Source: Candidatus Electronema halotolerans (GTDB lineage Bacteria > Desulfobacterota > Desulfobulbia > Desulfobulbales > Desulfobulbaceae). Taken from it: a DNA stretch of 32,000 nt. Within the stretch, counting starts at the first letter, position 1, and each line of letters starts with the position of its first letter. The notes below the pieces were generated by a model. It worked only from the letters and a program-made list of their open reading frames with translations. It ran no database searches and was not told the DNA's origin. The stretch spans positions 2,190,001 to 2,222,000 of the forward strand of contig OW818675.1 in the NCBI GenBank assembly GCA_942493095.1, given 5' to 3'. The position numbers and the translations under genes are program-made. This document shows, in pieces, positions 16,756-26,576 of this stretch.

Positions 16756-19700
16756 ATGACCACCCCTGCCCAGCAGACCGCTGAATTCAGATCCAAAGCA
16801 CTTGAAGCCAATTTTCAGCAAACCGCCAGCAAGGTTGAGATTTCCCCCCGCTATGCCCCGCTGCGGGAGGCTGTGGCCCGCTATCAGGGGCTGTCCGCCC
16901 GGCTGGAGCACCTGCTTTACGAAATAAGCCACCCTTTCCGCAACTGGCAGCTGATCATCAGCGAGCTGCGGCCTTTTGTCCTCAAAAATTTCAACCATTA
17001 CCTTGGCCACCCGCAGGGGCCGGAATGCTTTGCCCTGTTCAGCGGCATTTTTTTGGATGCGCTCAGGGAGTCACGGAAAAACAGCAAAGTGACCGCCCTG
17101 ACCGTGGAGGCTCTGCTCGCCTTTGCTGACAAGGTGATCAGCTCGCTCAAGCCGGAAACCCTGCCGCTCTACGGCCCGCAGCTCAACAATTTTTTTGATC
17201 AGCTGGCCCGGCTTGATGAAATTGATAGCAGCCTGATGATGCAGATGGTGCAGGGCCATCATCCGATCAAAAAAATGGCGGTCCAGCTCCTCAGCTTGGG
17301 TCGCGCAACAGCTTTTTCCTGCATCCCTGCGGCCCGGCTGCTGCAAAAAATTCTCATCACCAACTACGAATACTGGTTGAGCGAGGATGACCCGCAGCCT
17401 TGGTTTGAGCAGCATTGCGGCGGCTTCTGCGACAAGTGGGAGGCCAGGCCGGAGATGGCGGCCATTGCTCATGCCCGGATGCGCGAGCATCTCCAGACCT
17501 TGGAGCAGATCGATCTGGAGGAAGACCCGCATCAGGCCTTGAGCAAACTGCTGGAACTGCCCGCCCATGTTGACATAGTCCGCCTTTACCGCGAGATTCC
17601 CGGCAAGCTGGGCGAGGGCATTGAAGGCGGCGATGCCTTTTACATGGAAAACCGGAAGCTGCTCTTTCTCTTCCGCATCATGGACACTTCCGGCCTCTCG
17701 CTCATTCATGAGGAGAGCCTGCGGGAGATCAACCGCTCCTTGGTCCAGCTCATCCGCAAGCAAAACTTTGACGAGATAGAGCAGTTCTTCACCACCGCTT
17801 TCCAGCTCCTCAAGGCCAATGTGCGCAAATATCCGCACACTTCGCTCCAGTGCATTCAGGTCATCGGCGGCGAGGTGTTCAAGCGGGGCAATTCCCGCTT
17901 AGTTGAGGCCTTCCTCTTTGAGGCGGTGCGCTTCGGCTTTCAATACGCCAATGTCATGGGCGTGGATGAGGACTGGCAGCCGATCAGCAACCCGGCTCAT
18001 CTGGCCAACATCCGGGTCTGGCTCAACCTGATCATGCAGGAGCCGAAGTGGTGCTCAACCCTGTTCTCGGCCCTGATCATCAACATTCGCCTCTCCGGCA
18101 CCTGCGTCAAGGACACGGACCTCTTTCAGCGCGACATCAGCCAGCTCCTCAACCACCCAATCGGCCCGATCTACAACTTGGCCAAGCAGTTCACCAAGCT
18201 GATGCCGGTCTTTTTCAACGAGATCGGCGCGGAAGGCGAGCTGCGCGATGTCTCGACCGAGCTGGATGAGCTGCACAAGCGGCGCGATGTCCTGATTCAC
18301 TTTCTCCGCAAGCAGTCGCATGTCGAGTCCTCCAACCTGATTGTCGGCTTTATCCGGGCCATTTTTCTTTTCTGGCTCAATTTGGACAAGAAGCCGCTCA
18401 AGGCCTACCTGCCTGAAGAAATCCTCAGTCAAGTGACGGTCTCCGGCCCCTTTGTCGATGAGCTGCATGTCCTTGCCCGGCGGCTGCGTGAAGAACTGGA
18501 ATGGAACAGCATTGACGAGCTCCTGACCTGGGACAGAACTGAGCGTCATGCCTGGCTGGAGCGGCAGGAGGACATCTCTGCGGATGAGCGCAGGCGTTTT
18601 GACCTGCTGGTGCGCATGTTCCGGCTCCTGAACCACAAGTACAGCCTTGGCATGGAGGAGCTGCGCGAACAGCTTCAGCAGGCGGCCCGGTCCGGCTTCC
18701 CGGAAATGGAGCAGCTTTTGGAATCCTTGCAGGAGGATGAGCCGTACAGCTGCTTGGATGCCCTGCTCACCCATCTGGAGCAGCTCAAGGAAATCATCCT
18801 CAGTGAGCAGAAATTCGAGCCAAAGGAGGAAATTTACTACAAACGGCACATTGCCGTGGATATTCCTTCCGTCTATGGCCGCTATTCAGAGCGCAAGTTC
18901 GATGCCCTTGGTCTGGCCTTCCGGCTGGAGAATTTGGCCAACATCTACTTGGAACGGCTGACCCGGTCCATCAATCTCGGCTTTATCACCCAAGCCACTT
19001 TCATCCGCATTTCCGAGGCCCTGCATCTCTATCTGCGCGCCCTGAAAGTGGATGGCATCAGCAGCCGCCGCTTGGACACCTACGCCAGCCTGCTCGCCTC
19101 GTCAATCAGCATGAAGCGCTTCACCTACACCCAGCATTTGGACATCATGCGCGGGCTGTCCGAAGGGGTCAAGGATGTGATTTATGCCTATTACACCAAT
19201 ATTCATCAGAACAACCTCTCGATCATCATTCCTCAGATTGGCCGGGAAAATCTGCTGCTCAAGTTCCGCCCGCTCTGGGATGAGGAGGACATGCCCTCCA
19301 CAGTCCATCGCCTCTCAGAAGCCTTTTTCCGCGACCTGATCGCCACCACCTTCGGCCTCCAGCACTTGGACAACTTCATCACCAAGATCATGCAGACCTT
19401 GGAGGCCCAGAAAGACATCCTTGACGAGCAGACCTTGGACCTGCTCATGACCTACAACCCGGAGCAGACCATCTCCCTGCTCTACCAGGAAAATCTCCGC
19501 ACCCACAATCTCATTCATCTCGGCAACAAGGGCTTCAACCTAATGCTCTTGGCCAATGACGGCAAGCCTGTGCCGCCCGCCTTCATCATCACCACTGAGA
19601 TTTTCCGCTGCTGGCCGGCTGTGCAGCGGTTCACCAAGGCCAAGGAGGAATTCATGCAGCGGGTGCGGGCCTCGATCACGGCCTTGGAGGAGCGGACAGG

Positions 19701-21003
19701 CCGCGAATTCGGCTCGCCGGAAAATCCGCTCCTGCTTTCAGTGCGCTCCGGGGCGGCCATTTCCATGCCCGGCATGATGACCACGGTCCACAACGTCGGC
19801 CTGAATGAGGATTTGCTCGACGAGCTGTGCGCCAGACACCCGGAGCAGGAGTATTTTCTCTGGGACACCTACCGCCGCTTTCTCCAGTCCTGGGCTATGG
19901 GCGAAGGCATGGCCCGCGATGAGTTTGGCGCACTGATGAATGCGCACAAGAAACGCTACAATGTCAAGCTCAAGCGGCAGTTCACTCCTGCCCAGATGCG
20001 CGAGCTGGCCTTGGAATACCGCAACGCCATGCGACGGCATGGCTATAATGCGCCGGAAGACCCGTGGCTTCAGCTTGTCGGCGCAGTGGAGATGGTGCTG
20101 GAGTCGTGGAGCACCATCAAGGCCCGCCAGTACCGCCATCTCATGGATGTGTCTGATGACTGGGGCACAGCAGTGATAGTCCAGACAATGGTCTATGGCA
20201 ATCGCAACTTTAAAGCAGGCAGCGGCGTGCTCTTCACGGCCCATCCCTACCGCAAGGTGCGACGGGTGGCTCTCTGGGGTGATTACGCCTCCGGCGACCA
20301 AGGCGAGGACATTGTTTCCGGCTTAGTCACCAGCTACCCGATTTCAATGGAGCAGGCGGAGCTGGACGGCAGGCCAGAGGAAGACACCTTGGAGCGCAAA
20401 TTTCCAGCCATTTATGAGCGGCTTCTCAGTATTTCCCGTGATTTGGTCTATACCAAGGGCTGGAATCCGCAGGAAATCGAGTTCACCTTTGAAGGCCCTG
20501 CACCGGAGCAGCTCCACATCCTCCAGACCCGCGACATGATCACGATCAAGAAGAAGGAGCATTTCCGGGTCTTTGTCGAATCAGCAGAGCAGCAGGCCGC
20601 AGTGCTGGGCAAGGGCATTGGCGTGAGCGGCTCGGCCCTGTCCGGCTTGGCCGTGTTCACCGACGAGAACATCCGCCAGCTCAGGCAGGAGCAGCCGGAC
20701 ATGCCGCTGATTCTCATCCGGCAGGACACGGTGCCAGAGGACATTAAGGAAATTTCCCTTGCCGACGGCCTGCTCACGGCTCGCGGCGGCCAGACTTCCC
20801 ATGCCTCAGTGGTGGCCACCCGCTTGGAAAAGACCTGCGTGGTCGGCTGCCGGGATCTGCAAGTCTTTGAAGGCGCGGAACATGCTCTGATCAACGGCTT
20901 CACCATCCGCTTCCGCGATCCGGTCTCCATTGACGGACGCAACGGCCTCTTCCTGCGCGGCATTCATGAGACACGGGAGGAGGTGCATATTCTGCCGCTG
21001 TAG
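16756..21003 (+). CDS. 1415-aa fusion protein: about 900-aa unrecognised helical N-terminal region plus PPDK-type ATP-grasp (nucleotide-binding) and phospho-His swivel domains; no PEP/pyruvate TIM-barrel domain
   Basis: From about nt 19500 the translation is collinear with the N-terminal half of pyruvate phosphate dikinase (..HLGNKGFNL.., NPLLLSVRSGAAISMPGMMTTVHNVGLN, DDWGTAVIVQTMVYGN, GDQGEDIVSG, EIEFTFE..LHILQTRD). It then reaches the swivel-domain motif GLLTARGGQTSHASVVAT (His codon 20800-20802). The ORF ends about 65 aa later. The ATG at 16756 with a GAGG RBS is preferred over the TTG at 16690, which lies inside the hairpin. Confidence 0.8.
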   Translation: MTTPAQQTAEFRSKALEANFQQTASKVEISPRYAPLREAVARYQGLSARLEHLLYEISHPFRNWQLIISELRPFVLKNFNHYLGHPQGPECFALFSGIFLDALRESRKNSKVTALTVEALLAFADKVISSLKPETLPLYGPQLNNFFDQLARLDEIDSSLMMQMVQGHHPIKKMAVQLLSLGRATAFSCIPAARLLQKILITNYEYWLSEDDPQPWFEQHCGGFCDKWEARPEMAAIAHARMREHLQTLEQIDLEEDPHQALSKLLELPAHVDIVRLYREIPGKLGEGIEGGDAFYMENRKLLFLFRIMDTSGLSLIHEESLREINRSLVQLIRKQNFDEIEQFFTTAFQLLKANVRKYPHTSLQCIQVIGGEVFKRGNSRLVEAFLFEAVRFGFQYANVMGVDEDWQPISNPAHLANIRVWLNLIMQEPKWCSTLFSALIINIRLSGTCVKDTDLFQRDISQLLNHPIGPIYNLAKQFTKLMPVFFNEIGAEGELRDVSTELDELHKRRDVLIHFLRKQSHVESSNLIVGFIRAIFLFWLNLDKKPLKAYLPEEILSQVTVSGPFVDELHVLARRLREELEWNSIDELLTWDRTERHAWLERQEDISADERRRFDLLVRMFRLLNHKYSLGMEELREQLQQAARSGFPEMEQLLESLQEDEPYSCLDALLTHLEQLKEIILSEQKFEPKEEIYYKRHIAVDIPSVYGRYSERKFDALGLAFRLENLANIYLERLTRSINLGFITQATFIRISEALHLYLRALKVDGISSRRLDTYASLLASSISMKRFTYTQHLDIMRGLSEGVKDVIYAYYTNIHQNNLSIIIPQIGRENLLLKFRPLWDEEDMPSTVHRLSEAFFRDLIATTFGLQHLDNFITKIMQTLEAQKDILDEQTLDLLMTYNPEQTISLLYQENLRTHNLIHLGNKGFNLMLLANDGKPVPPAFIITTEIFRCWPAVQRFTKAKEEFMQRVRASITALEERTGREFGSPENPLLLSVRSGAAISMPGMMTTVHNVGLNEDLLDELCARHPEQEYFLWDTYRRFLQSWAMGEGMARDEFGALMNAHKKRYNVKLKRQFTPAQMRELALEYRNAMRRHGYNAPEDPWLQLVGAVEMVLESWSTIKARQYRHLMDVSDDWGTAVIVQTMVYGNRNFKAGSGVLFTAHPYRKVRRVALWGDYASGDQGEDIVSGLVTSYPISMEQAELDGRPEEDTLERKFPAIYERLLSISRDLVYTKGWNPQEIEFTFEGPAPEQLHILQTRDMITIKKKEHFRVFVESAEQQAAVLGKGIGVSGSALSGLAVFTDENIRQLRQEQPDMPLILIRQDTVPEDIKEISLADGLLTARGGQTSHASVVATRLEKTCVVGCRDLQVFEGAEHALINGFTIRFRDPVSIDGRNGLFLRGIHETREEVHILPL

Positions 21004-21087
21004 CGAGGCTGTGGGCATTACTGCGCATTTTTGTATCAGTTGCCCAGAGCATTGCCCTGACTTGTCTGTTATCGCATTTTTTTGGGA

Positions 21088-22086
21088 ATGGCCTTTCTTC
21101 TTGTTCTCCTTGCCGCCTGCCTGCTTGACCTGCTCATCGGCGATCCTCGCTGGTTTCCGCATCCAGTGCGGCTGATCGGCTGGCTGGCAGCGCGCATGGA
21201 AATCATCACCCGCCGTCTGCCAATGCCAGCACGGCGCAGCGGCGGCCTGACCGTCCTGCTGGTGCTCCTTGCCACGGGCGGAGCCAGTGCCGCGCTGCTC
21301 CTGCTGCTGGCCATGCAGCCGCAGCCGCTCTTTCTCGCCGTAACCGCCTTTGCCTTGTACACCACTTTTGCCGCCCGCGACCTGCTCAAGCACGCCTTGG
21401 CAGTTCATGCCGCCCTTGGCGAAAGCATCGGGGTGGCTCGCCAGCAGGTCAGCATGATTGTCGGCCGTGACACCAGCCAGATGGATGAGGCTGCTGTCAT
21501 CCGCGCCTGCGTGGAAAGCGTGGCTGAGAACATGGCCGACGGCATCATTGCCCCGCTCTTCTGGGCAACAGCGGGCGCAGCTCTTGCTTTGCCAGCAGGC
21601 GGCCATTGGCCAGCGGCCTGCGCCGTGCTGGCAGCCATGCTCTACAAGGCCATCAGCACTATGGATTCCATGTTCGGCTATAAAAACGAACGCTACCTGT
21701 ATTTCGGCTTCTGCCCAGCCAAATTGGACGATGCCGCCAACTTTTTCCCGGCCCGGCTGGCCGCACTCGCCCTTGTCGCGACCGCACCCATCATCGGCGG
21801 CAGCTTGCGGCAGAGCTGGCGCATCCTTTGGCGCGACCATCAAAATCATGCCAGCCCCAATTCCGGCTGGCCGGAAGCAGCAGCTGCAGGCGCGCTCGGC
21901 CTGCAGCTCGGCGGGGATGCGGTCTATTTCGGCAAAATCGTCAGCAAGCCGCTCATCGGCGAAGCACTTGCCCCGCCGCAGCAACGCCATATCCTCCTCG
22001 TCTGCCGCTTAGTTCTGACTGCCTCGCTCCTCTGCCTGCTTCTCTTAGCCGGATTGTTTTCCCTCCTGCCGCTCCTCTGCTCCTGA
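21088..22086 (+). CDS. cbiB: Adenosylcobinamide-phosphate synthase CbiB/CobD
   Basis: The membrane protein begins MAFLLVLLAACLLDLLIGDPRWFPHPVRLIGW, the characteristic CbiB N-terminus. Also present are ..IVGRDTSQMDE..ESVAEN..DG..APLFW.. and ..ASPNSGWPEAA.AGALG..LGG. Confidence 0.9.
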   Translation: MAFLLVLLAACLLDLLIGDPRWFPHPVRLIGWLAARMEIITRRLPMPARRSGGLTVLLVLLATGGASAALLLLLAMQPQPLFLAVTAFALYTTFAARDLLKHALAVHAALGESIGVARQQVSMIVGRDTSQMDEAAVIRACVESVAENMADGIIAPLFWATAGAALALPAGGHWPAACAVLAAMLYKAISTMDSMFGYKNERYLYFGFCPAKLDDAANFFPARLAALALVATAPIIGGSLRQSWRILWRDHQNHASPNSGWPEAAAAGALGLQLGGDAVYFGKIVSKPLIGEALAPPQQRHILLVCRLVLTASLLCLLLLAGLFSLLPLLCS

Positions 22087-22298
22087 AATCGCGGACAAGA
22101 GAGGCGAAAAAATCCATTTCCACGAAAAAACAGGTTGTTTTATAGCGGAGCACCGAGTATCTTATAGTTTTCTCATTCGCCGTCCATCCCATCCCCCTTT
22201 GCCGCAGAATTCGGGCAGCACAGCAAAATCATTGCTGCTTGACTGCTTTTTTTCATATCAAATTGCATTCGCATTCAGCAGACACAGGAATATCCTTT

Positions 22299-24047
22299 AT
22301 GAGCACTTTTGCAGAACTCGGCATCAACAGTGAAATCATCAGCGCGCTCTCCGATCTCGGCTTTCAGGAGCCAACTCCTATTCAGGCGCAGGCCATCCCC
22401 CTTATTTTAAAAGAACATGCTGACATAGTCAGCCTTGCCCAAACCGGAACCGGCAAGACCGCCGCCTTTGGCCTGCCGCTGATCCAGCTCACCGATCCGA
22501 CGAGCAGAGCAACGCAGGGGCTGGTCCTGTGTCCGACCAGAGAACTGTGCATGCAGGTGGCCAAGGACTTGGAGTCCTTTGCTAAATATGTTGGAGACAT
22601 CCGCGTGTTAGCTGTTTATGGCGGGGCCAGCATTGTCCAGCAGATGCGCGACCTGCGCCGGGGAGCGCAGATCATTGTCGCCACCCCTGGCCGCCTGCGC
22701 GACATGATCCAGCGCGGCATGGCTGATGTTTCAACAGTCCGCTACGCCGTCTTTGACGAGGCGGATGAAATGCTCAACATGGGCTTTCAGGAGGAACTGA
22801 ACGCCATTCTTGCGCAAACGCCCAAGGAAAAAAACACCCTGCTTTTCTCGGCCACCATGTCCAAGGAAGTGGCGAATATTGCCAGCCGCTACATGAAGAA
22901 TCCCGTGGAAATTACGGTCGGCGACCGCAATGCCGGGGCCGAGAATGTCAGCCATGAGTATTACGTGGTCCGGCACCGGGACCGCTACGCCGCCCTGAAG
23001 CGAATTTTGGACAATGCCCCGGATATTTATTCGATCATCTTCTGCCGCACCCGCATGGACACCCAGGAGGTTGCTGACAAGCTGCTGCAGGAAGGCTACA
23101 AGGCCGATGCCCTGCACGGCGACCTGACCCAGGTTCAGCGCGATCTGGTGATGCGGAAATTCCACAGCCGCCATCTGCAAATTCTGGTGGCCACCGATGT
23201 GGCAGCCCGTGGCTTGGATGTCAACGATCTGACCCACGTCATCAACTACAGCCTGCCTGATGACATTTCCAGCTATACCCATCGCAGCGGTCGCACTGGC
23301 AGAGCAGGTCGGAATGGCATCTCCGTAGCTTTGGCAGACACACGGGAAGTCTATAAAATCCGCCAGATCGAGCACCGCCTGAAAAAGCAGTTCACCCACC
23401 GTTCCATCCCCAATGGCGAGGAAATTTGCAGCAAGCAGCTTGCCAGCCTGATCAAGCGGATCAGCAGCACTGAAATTCGGCATGAGCAGATTGACCCGCT
23501 TTATGCGGAAGTCGCCAAGCAGCTGGAGCATCTCGACAAAGCGGAGCTGATCAAGAAAATCATTTCCTTGGAGTTCAACCGCTTCTTGGAGTATTACAAG
23601 AATGCGCCTGATCTCAATCCGGCTATGGAGAGCAGAAAACGGGTGGAACGGGAAAGGCCAAGCCGGAAGCCGTCCAACAAGGATTTTGGCGGTGAGAGGA
23701 AGGACTTTGGCGGCGGCGGGAAAAATTTCGCCCGCTTTCATCTCAATGTGGGCCGCCGGGACGGCCTCCTGCCTGAGTATTTGGTCGGCAGGATCAACGA
23801 GGTGCCGGGCGGCGGGCGGATCAAGGTCGGCAAGATTGAAATCATGCGCAACACCGCCACGCTGGAGGGCGACAGCCGCTTCATTTCGCAAATCTTGGAT
23901 ACCTTTCAGCAGGCCGAGGTCAATGGCAAGCCAGTCGGCATCCGCCTCATGCAGGAGGGCGGCGAGCGGCCAGTGCGCAGAAGCGGGGGACGGCCTGATA
24001 ATGAAACCCGGAAGAAATTCCGTCGCCTGCGGGAGCAGCACCGCTGA
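22299..24047 (+). CDS. deaD: DEAD-box ATP-dependent RNA helicase with a DbpA-type C-terminal RNA-binding extension (DeaD/CsdA-like)
   Basis: Start MSTFAELGI. Motifs: Q motif (FQEPTPIQ), I (AQTGTGKT), II (DEAD in VFDEADEML), III (SAT), VI (HRSGRTGRAG). The basic C-terminal tail ends in a DbpA-like segment (FHLNVGRRDGL..). Confidence 0.85.
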   Translation: MSTFAELGINSEIISALSDLGFQEPTPIQAQAIPLILKEHADIVSLAQTGTGKTAAFGLPLIQLTDPTSRATQGLVLCPTRELCMQVAKDLESFAKYVGDIRVLAVYGGASIVQQMRDLRRGAQIIVATPGRLRDMIQRGMADVSTVRYAVFDEADEMLNMGFQEELNAILAQTPKEKNTLLFSATMSKEVANIASRYMKNPVEITVGDRNAGAENVSHEYYVVRHRDRYAALKRILDNAPDIYSIIFCRTRMDTQEVADKLLQEGYKADALHGDLTQVQRDLVMRKFHSRHLQILVATDVAARGLDVNDLTHVINYSLPDDISSYTHRSGRTGRAGRNGISVALADTREVYKIRQIEHRLKKQFTHRSIPNGEEICSKQLASLIKRISSTEIRHEQIDPLYAEVAKQLEHLDKAELIKKIISLEFNRFLEYYKNAPDLNPAMESRKRVERERPSRKPSNKDFGGERKDFGGGGKNFARFHLNVGRRDGLLPEYLVGRINEVPGGGRIKVGKIEIMRNTATLEGDSRFISQILDTFQQAEVNGKPVGIRLMQEGGERPVRRSGGRPDNETRKKFRRLREQHR

Positions 24048-24215
24048 TCATTCCCCCTGCGGATGAAGAAATACTTTTTTCTCTTCGCGCCCGTGCTTTT
24101 CTCAGTCGCTGCCCAGTAGGCGGCCTCAAAGGAATGGAAAAGCACGGCCTGGCTTCTCACCATGAGCGGCAGCGTTGCAGGCTATACGCTGGCTGGCACT
24201 GTGTTCGGGGTGCTC

Positions 24216-24605
24216 TCAATGGTGCTGATGTTGTCTGGGCAGTAAAAATATCGGGTGGTGGAGCAGGAAACTGGTTCTCATAGCTCCTGCGCTTTCACCC
24301 CTGTAGCACAGAGGACTGATGAAAATTGGGTTGACACCCTGTTGCGTGTTCAGCCCAGACTTTTCTTCAGTTTTCAGAGACTTGACAAGGTTGGCAATAC
24401 ATGTCCAACGGAAGAGCTGCCCCGCTTTCCTCAGTTTCCAGATGTCCTTTTGTCCCCGCCTTTGTTCTTCATATACAAACCACAGTCCATCAATCCGCCC
24501 CCGGCTGACATGGAATTCGGAAAGAAGAATATCTTCAGCATGTTCAGCAGCATCCAGCAGCCATTTGGAGATCGTGTCCTCTTTGCGCCCTTTCACCCGG
24601 CTCAC
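24216..24605 (-). mobile_element. Probable decayed N-terminal fragment of an IS transposase
   Basis: The 129-aa ORF has ..GRKEDTISKWLLDAAEHAEDILLSEFHVSRGRIDGLWFVY... This resembles the HTH-to-catalytic-domain junction (..tv.rWl..ag.ha......l.v..vQlDElW.fv) of IS1-like/ISNCY-type transposases as I remember them. There is no DDE domain, and I identified no terminal inverted repeats. Confidence 0.3.
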
Positions 24606-24684
24606 GCTGCTTTCCGCAAGCCATCTTTTCCTCCTTCTAAATCAGTTTGCAAAAAACTAACCGGACATTAGTGACTTGAACCGG

Positions 24685-25065
24685 ATGAACGATCAGGAAC
24701 ACTTTCCCTTCCAATTCAACAGCCAAGCCTGCCGCTTCTGCGGAGGCCGCTGCTGCCGGGGTTCATGCGGCTATGTCTGGATCAGTCTGACCGAACTGGA
24801 GGACATGGCCGCAGCCAAAGGCATGGATACCGCCCGTTTTGCCGCGCAGCACCTGCGGCAGGTGCAGGGCAGGCTTGCCTTGCGCGAGCGGGTCATCAAT
24901 GGCGAACATTTCTGCTGCTTTTTTGACCCGATTGCCTGTAGCTGCACGGTCTATGAACAGAGACCGGAACAGTGCCGCAGCTTTCCGTTCTGGGAGAAAT
25001 TCAAACATGACTGTCAGGAACTGCTGCGGGAATGTCCCGGCGTGACGCTGACAAAATCAAGCTGA
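24685..25065 (+). CDS. YkgJ-family (UPF0153) cysteine-cluster protein
   Basis: N-terminal CRFCGGRCCRGSCG cluster plus the downstream pattern C..FD...C.C..YE.RP..CR.FP, characteristic of the Fe-S/zinc-binding YkgJ family. The ATG at 24685 is preferred over the TTG at 24676. Confidence 0.7.
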   Translation: MNDQEHFPFQFNSQACRFCGGRCCRGSCGYVWISLTELEDMAAAKGMDTARFAAQHLRQVQGRLALRERVINGEHFCCFFDPIACSCTVYEQRPEQCRSFPFWEKFKHDCQELLRECPGVTLTKSS

Positions 25066-25080
25066 CTGTGAGGATATTTC

Positions 25081-26166
25081 ATGCAGATCAATGGCAAACC
25101 GTGGCGCAGCATCTGGCTGGAAAACGATGGTCAGAGCGTGGGCATTATTGATCAGACCAAACTGCCGCATCGCTTTGAGACAATCCGGCTGACCAGCGCA
25201 GAGGATGCGGTCGCAGCCATCCGTGACATGCTGGTGCGCGGCGCGCCGCTGATCGGGGCAACCGCAGCATGGGGCATTTTTCTCGGCCTGCGGGAGGACA
25301 GCTCCGATGCCGGTTTGGAGACGGTTTGCGCGAAACTGCTCCAAGCCAGACCAACAGCGGTCAATCTGCGCTGGGCTGTGGAGCGGATGCGGAACCTGCT
25401 GGCAGTGCTGCCGTCGGACCAGCGGCCCGATGCCGCCCGCAGTGAGGCCGCAGCCATCTGCGAGGAGGACGTGCGCCTCAACGAGGCCATCGGCGGGCAT
25501 GGCCTGCGTCTGATTGCCGCGCAATATCAGCAGAAAAAAAGAATAATCAACATCCTCACCCACTGCAACGCGGGCTGGTTAGCCACAGTTGACTGGGGCA
25601 CAGCCTTGGCTCCGATCTACAAGGCGCAGGCCGCTGGCATTCCTGTTCATGTCTGGGTGGATGAGACCCGGCCCCGCAATCAGGGCGCGCATCTCACGGC
25701 CTGGGAGCTGGCCGCCGCAGGCATCGACCATCATCTGATTGCCGACAACAGCGGCGGTCATCTCATGCGGCAGGGCCGGGTTGATCTCTGCCTTGTCGGC
25801 AGCGACCGCACCACTGCCAGCGGCGATGTCTGCAATAAGATCGGCACCTATCTGAAAGCGTTAGCTGCGGCAGACAACAACGTTCCCTTTTATGTGGCCC
25901 TGCCCGGCTCAACCATTGACTGGACGCTGACCGACGGCATGGCAATTCCGATTGAAGAGCGGGCGGAAGAGGAGGTGCTCTTTGTTTCCGGGCAGGCCGA
26001 GGACGGCAGCATCCGGCAGGTGCGCATTGCCCCGGAGCAGACGCGGGCAGGCAATCCCGCCTTTGACGTGACCCCGGCCCGCCTTGTCACCGGCCTGATC
26101 ACGGAACGCGGCCTCTGCGCGGCGAGTCGGGAGGGACTGCGGGAGCTGTTCCCGGAGCAGGGGTGA
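25081..26166 (+). CDS. mtnA: S-methyl-5-thioribose-1-phosphate isomerase (eIF-2B alpha/beta/delta-like family)
   Basis: 361 aa with ..[11 protein letters not shown]......ED...[20 protein letters not shown], ..RPTAVNL.WA.. and ..[23 protein letters not shown].. ..[19 protein letters not shown]...A....VPFYVA.P.STID. GAGGA RBS. Confidence 0.9.
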   Translation: MQINGKPWRSIWLENDGQSVGIIDQTKLPHRFETIRLTSAEDAVAAIRDMLVRGAPLIGATAAWGIFLGLREDSSDAGLETVCAKLLQARPTAVNLRWAVERMRNLLAVLPSDQRPDAARSEAAAICEEDVRLNEAIGGHGLRLIAAQYQQKKRIINILTHCNAGWLATVDWGTALAPIYKAQAAGIPVHVWVDETRPRNQGAHLTAWELAAAGIDHHLIADNSGGHLMRQGRVDLCLVGSDRTTASGDVCNKIGTYLKALAAADNNVPFYVALPGSTIDWTLTDGMAIPIEERAEEEVLFVSGQAEDGSIRQVRIAPEQTRAGNPAFDVTPARLVTGLITERGLCAASREGLRELFPEQG

Positions 26167-26576
26167 CAACTTCTCTTCCGTGGTAAAAATGAGCATCCAG
26201 AGCGGCAAGTTTTTTTGACAGACAGGCAACATACGGAAACCATACGCCGTTTGCCTCCTGAACTCATTTGCTGACAGATTGCAACATGGAACAGAGCTTT
26301 GCGTAACAGGAAGTAGGCCGTTTGAACAAAGCGGCTGTCCTCGGCAGAAGAGGACAAGAACGCGGTGAAAAAGGAGGCTGTGATGATTGGCGGAAGCATT
26401 CCCAAGCTGCTGCAGCAAGAGGCCAACGAGGTGCGGCAGGCGTTGGAGAAGATTGGAGCCGGGCTGCCTGCTGAGATTTCAGCGGCCGGCACCATGCTGA
26501 TTGTCGCTGACAGCTCTGTGCTGGTTGCTCTGGCGTTGTGCGTTTGATTGAGGGGACGCTTGCGCTGGCAGGGGAA

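Noticed and set aside
17071-20963. Several 170-264-aa minus-strand ORFs inside the PPDK-like gene
   Set aside because: They are antisense shadows typical of GC-rich coding DNA. The plus frame carries conserved PPDK motifs.
21004-21087. Possible cobalamin riboswitch ahead of cbiB
   Set aside because: The intergenic gap is only about 85 nt, too short for the element. I saw no B12-box-like GCCACTG core.
20806-21990. 394-aa minus-strand ORF
   Set aside because: It overlaps the end of the PPDK-like gene and almost all of cbiB on the opposite strand. The Ala/Gly/Arg-rich composition is typical of shadows.
22731-24041. 436-aa minus-strand ORF
   Set aside because: Antisense to the DEAD-box helicase, which has all helicase motifs in order.
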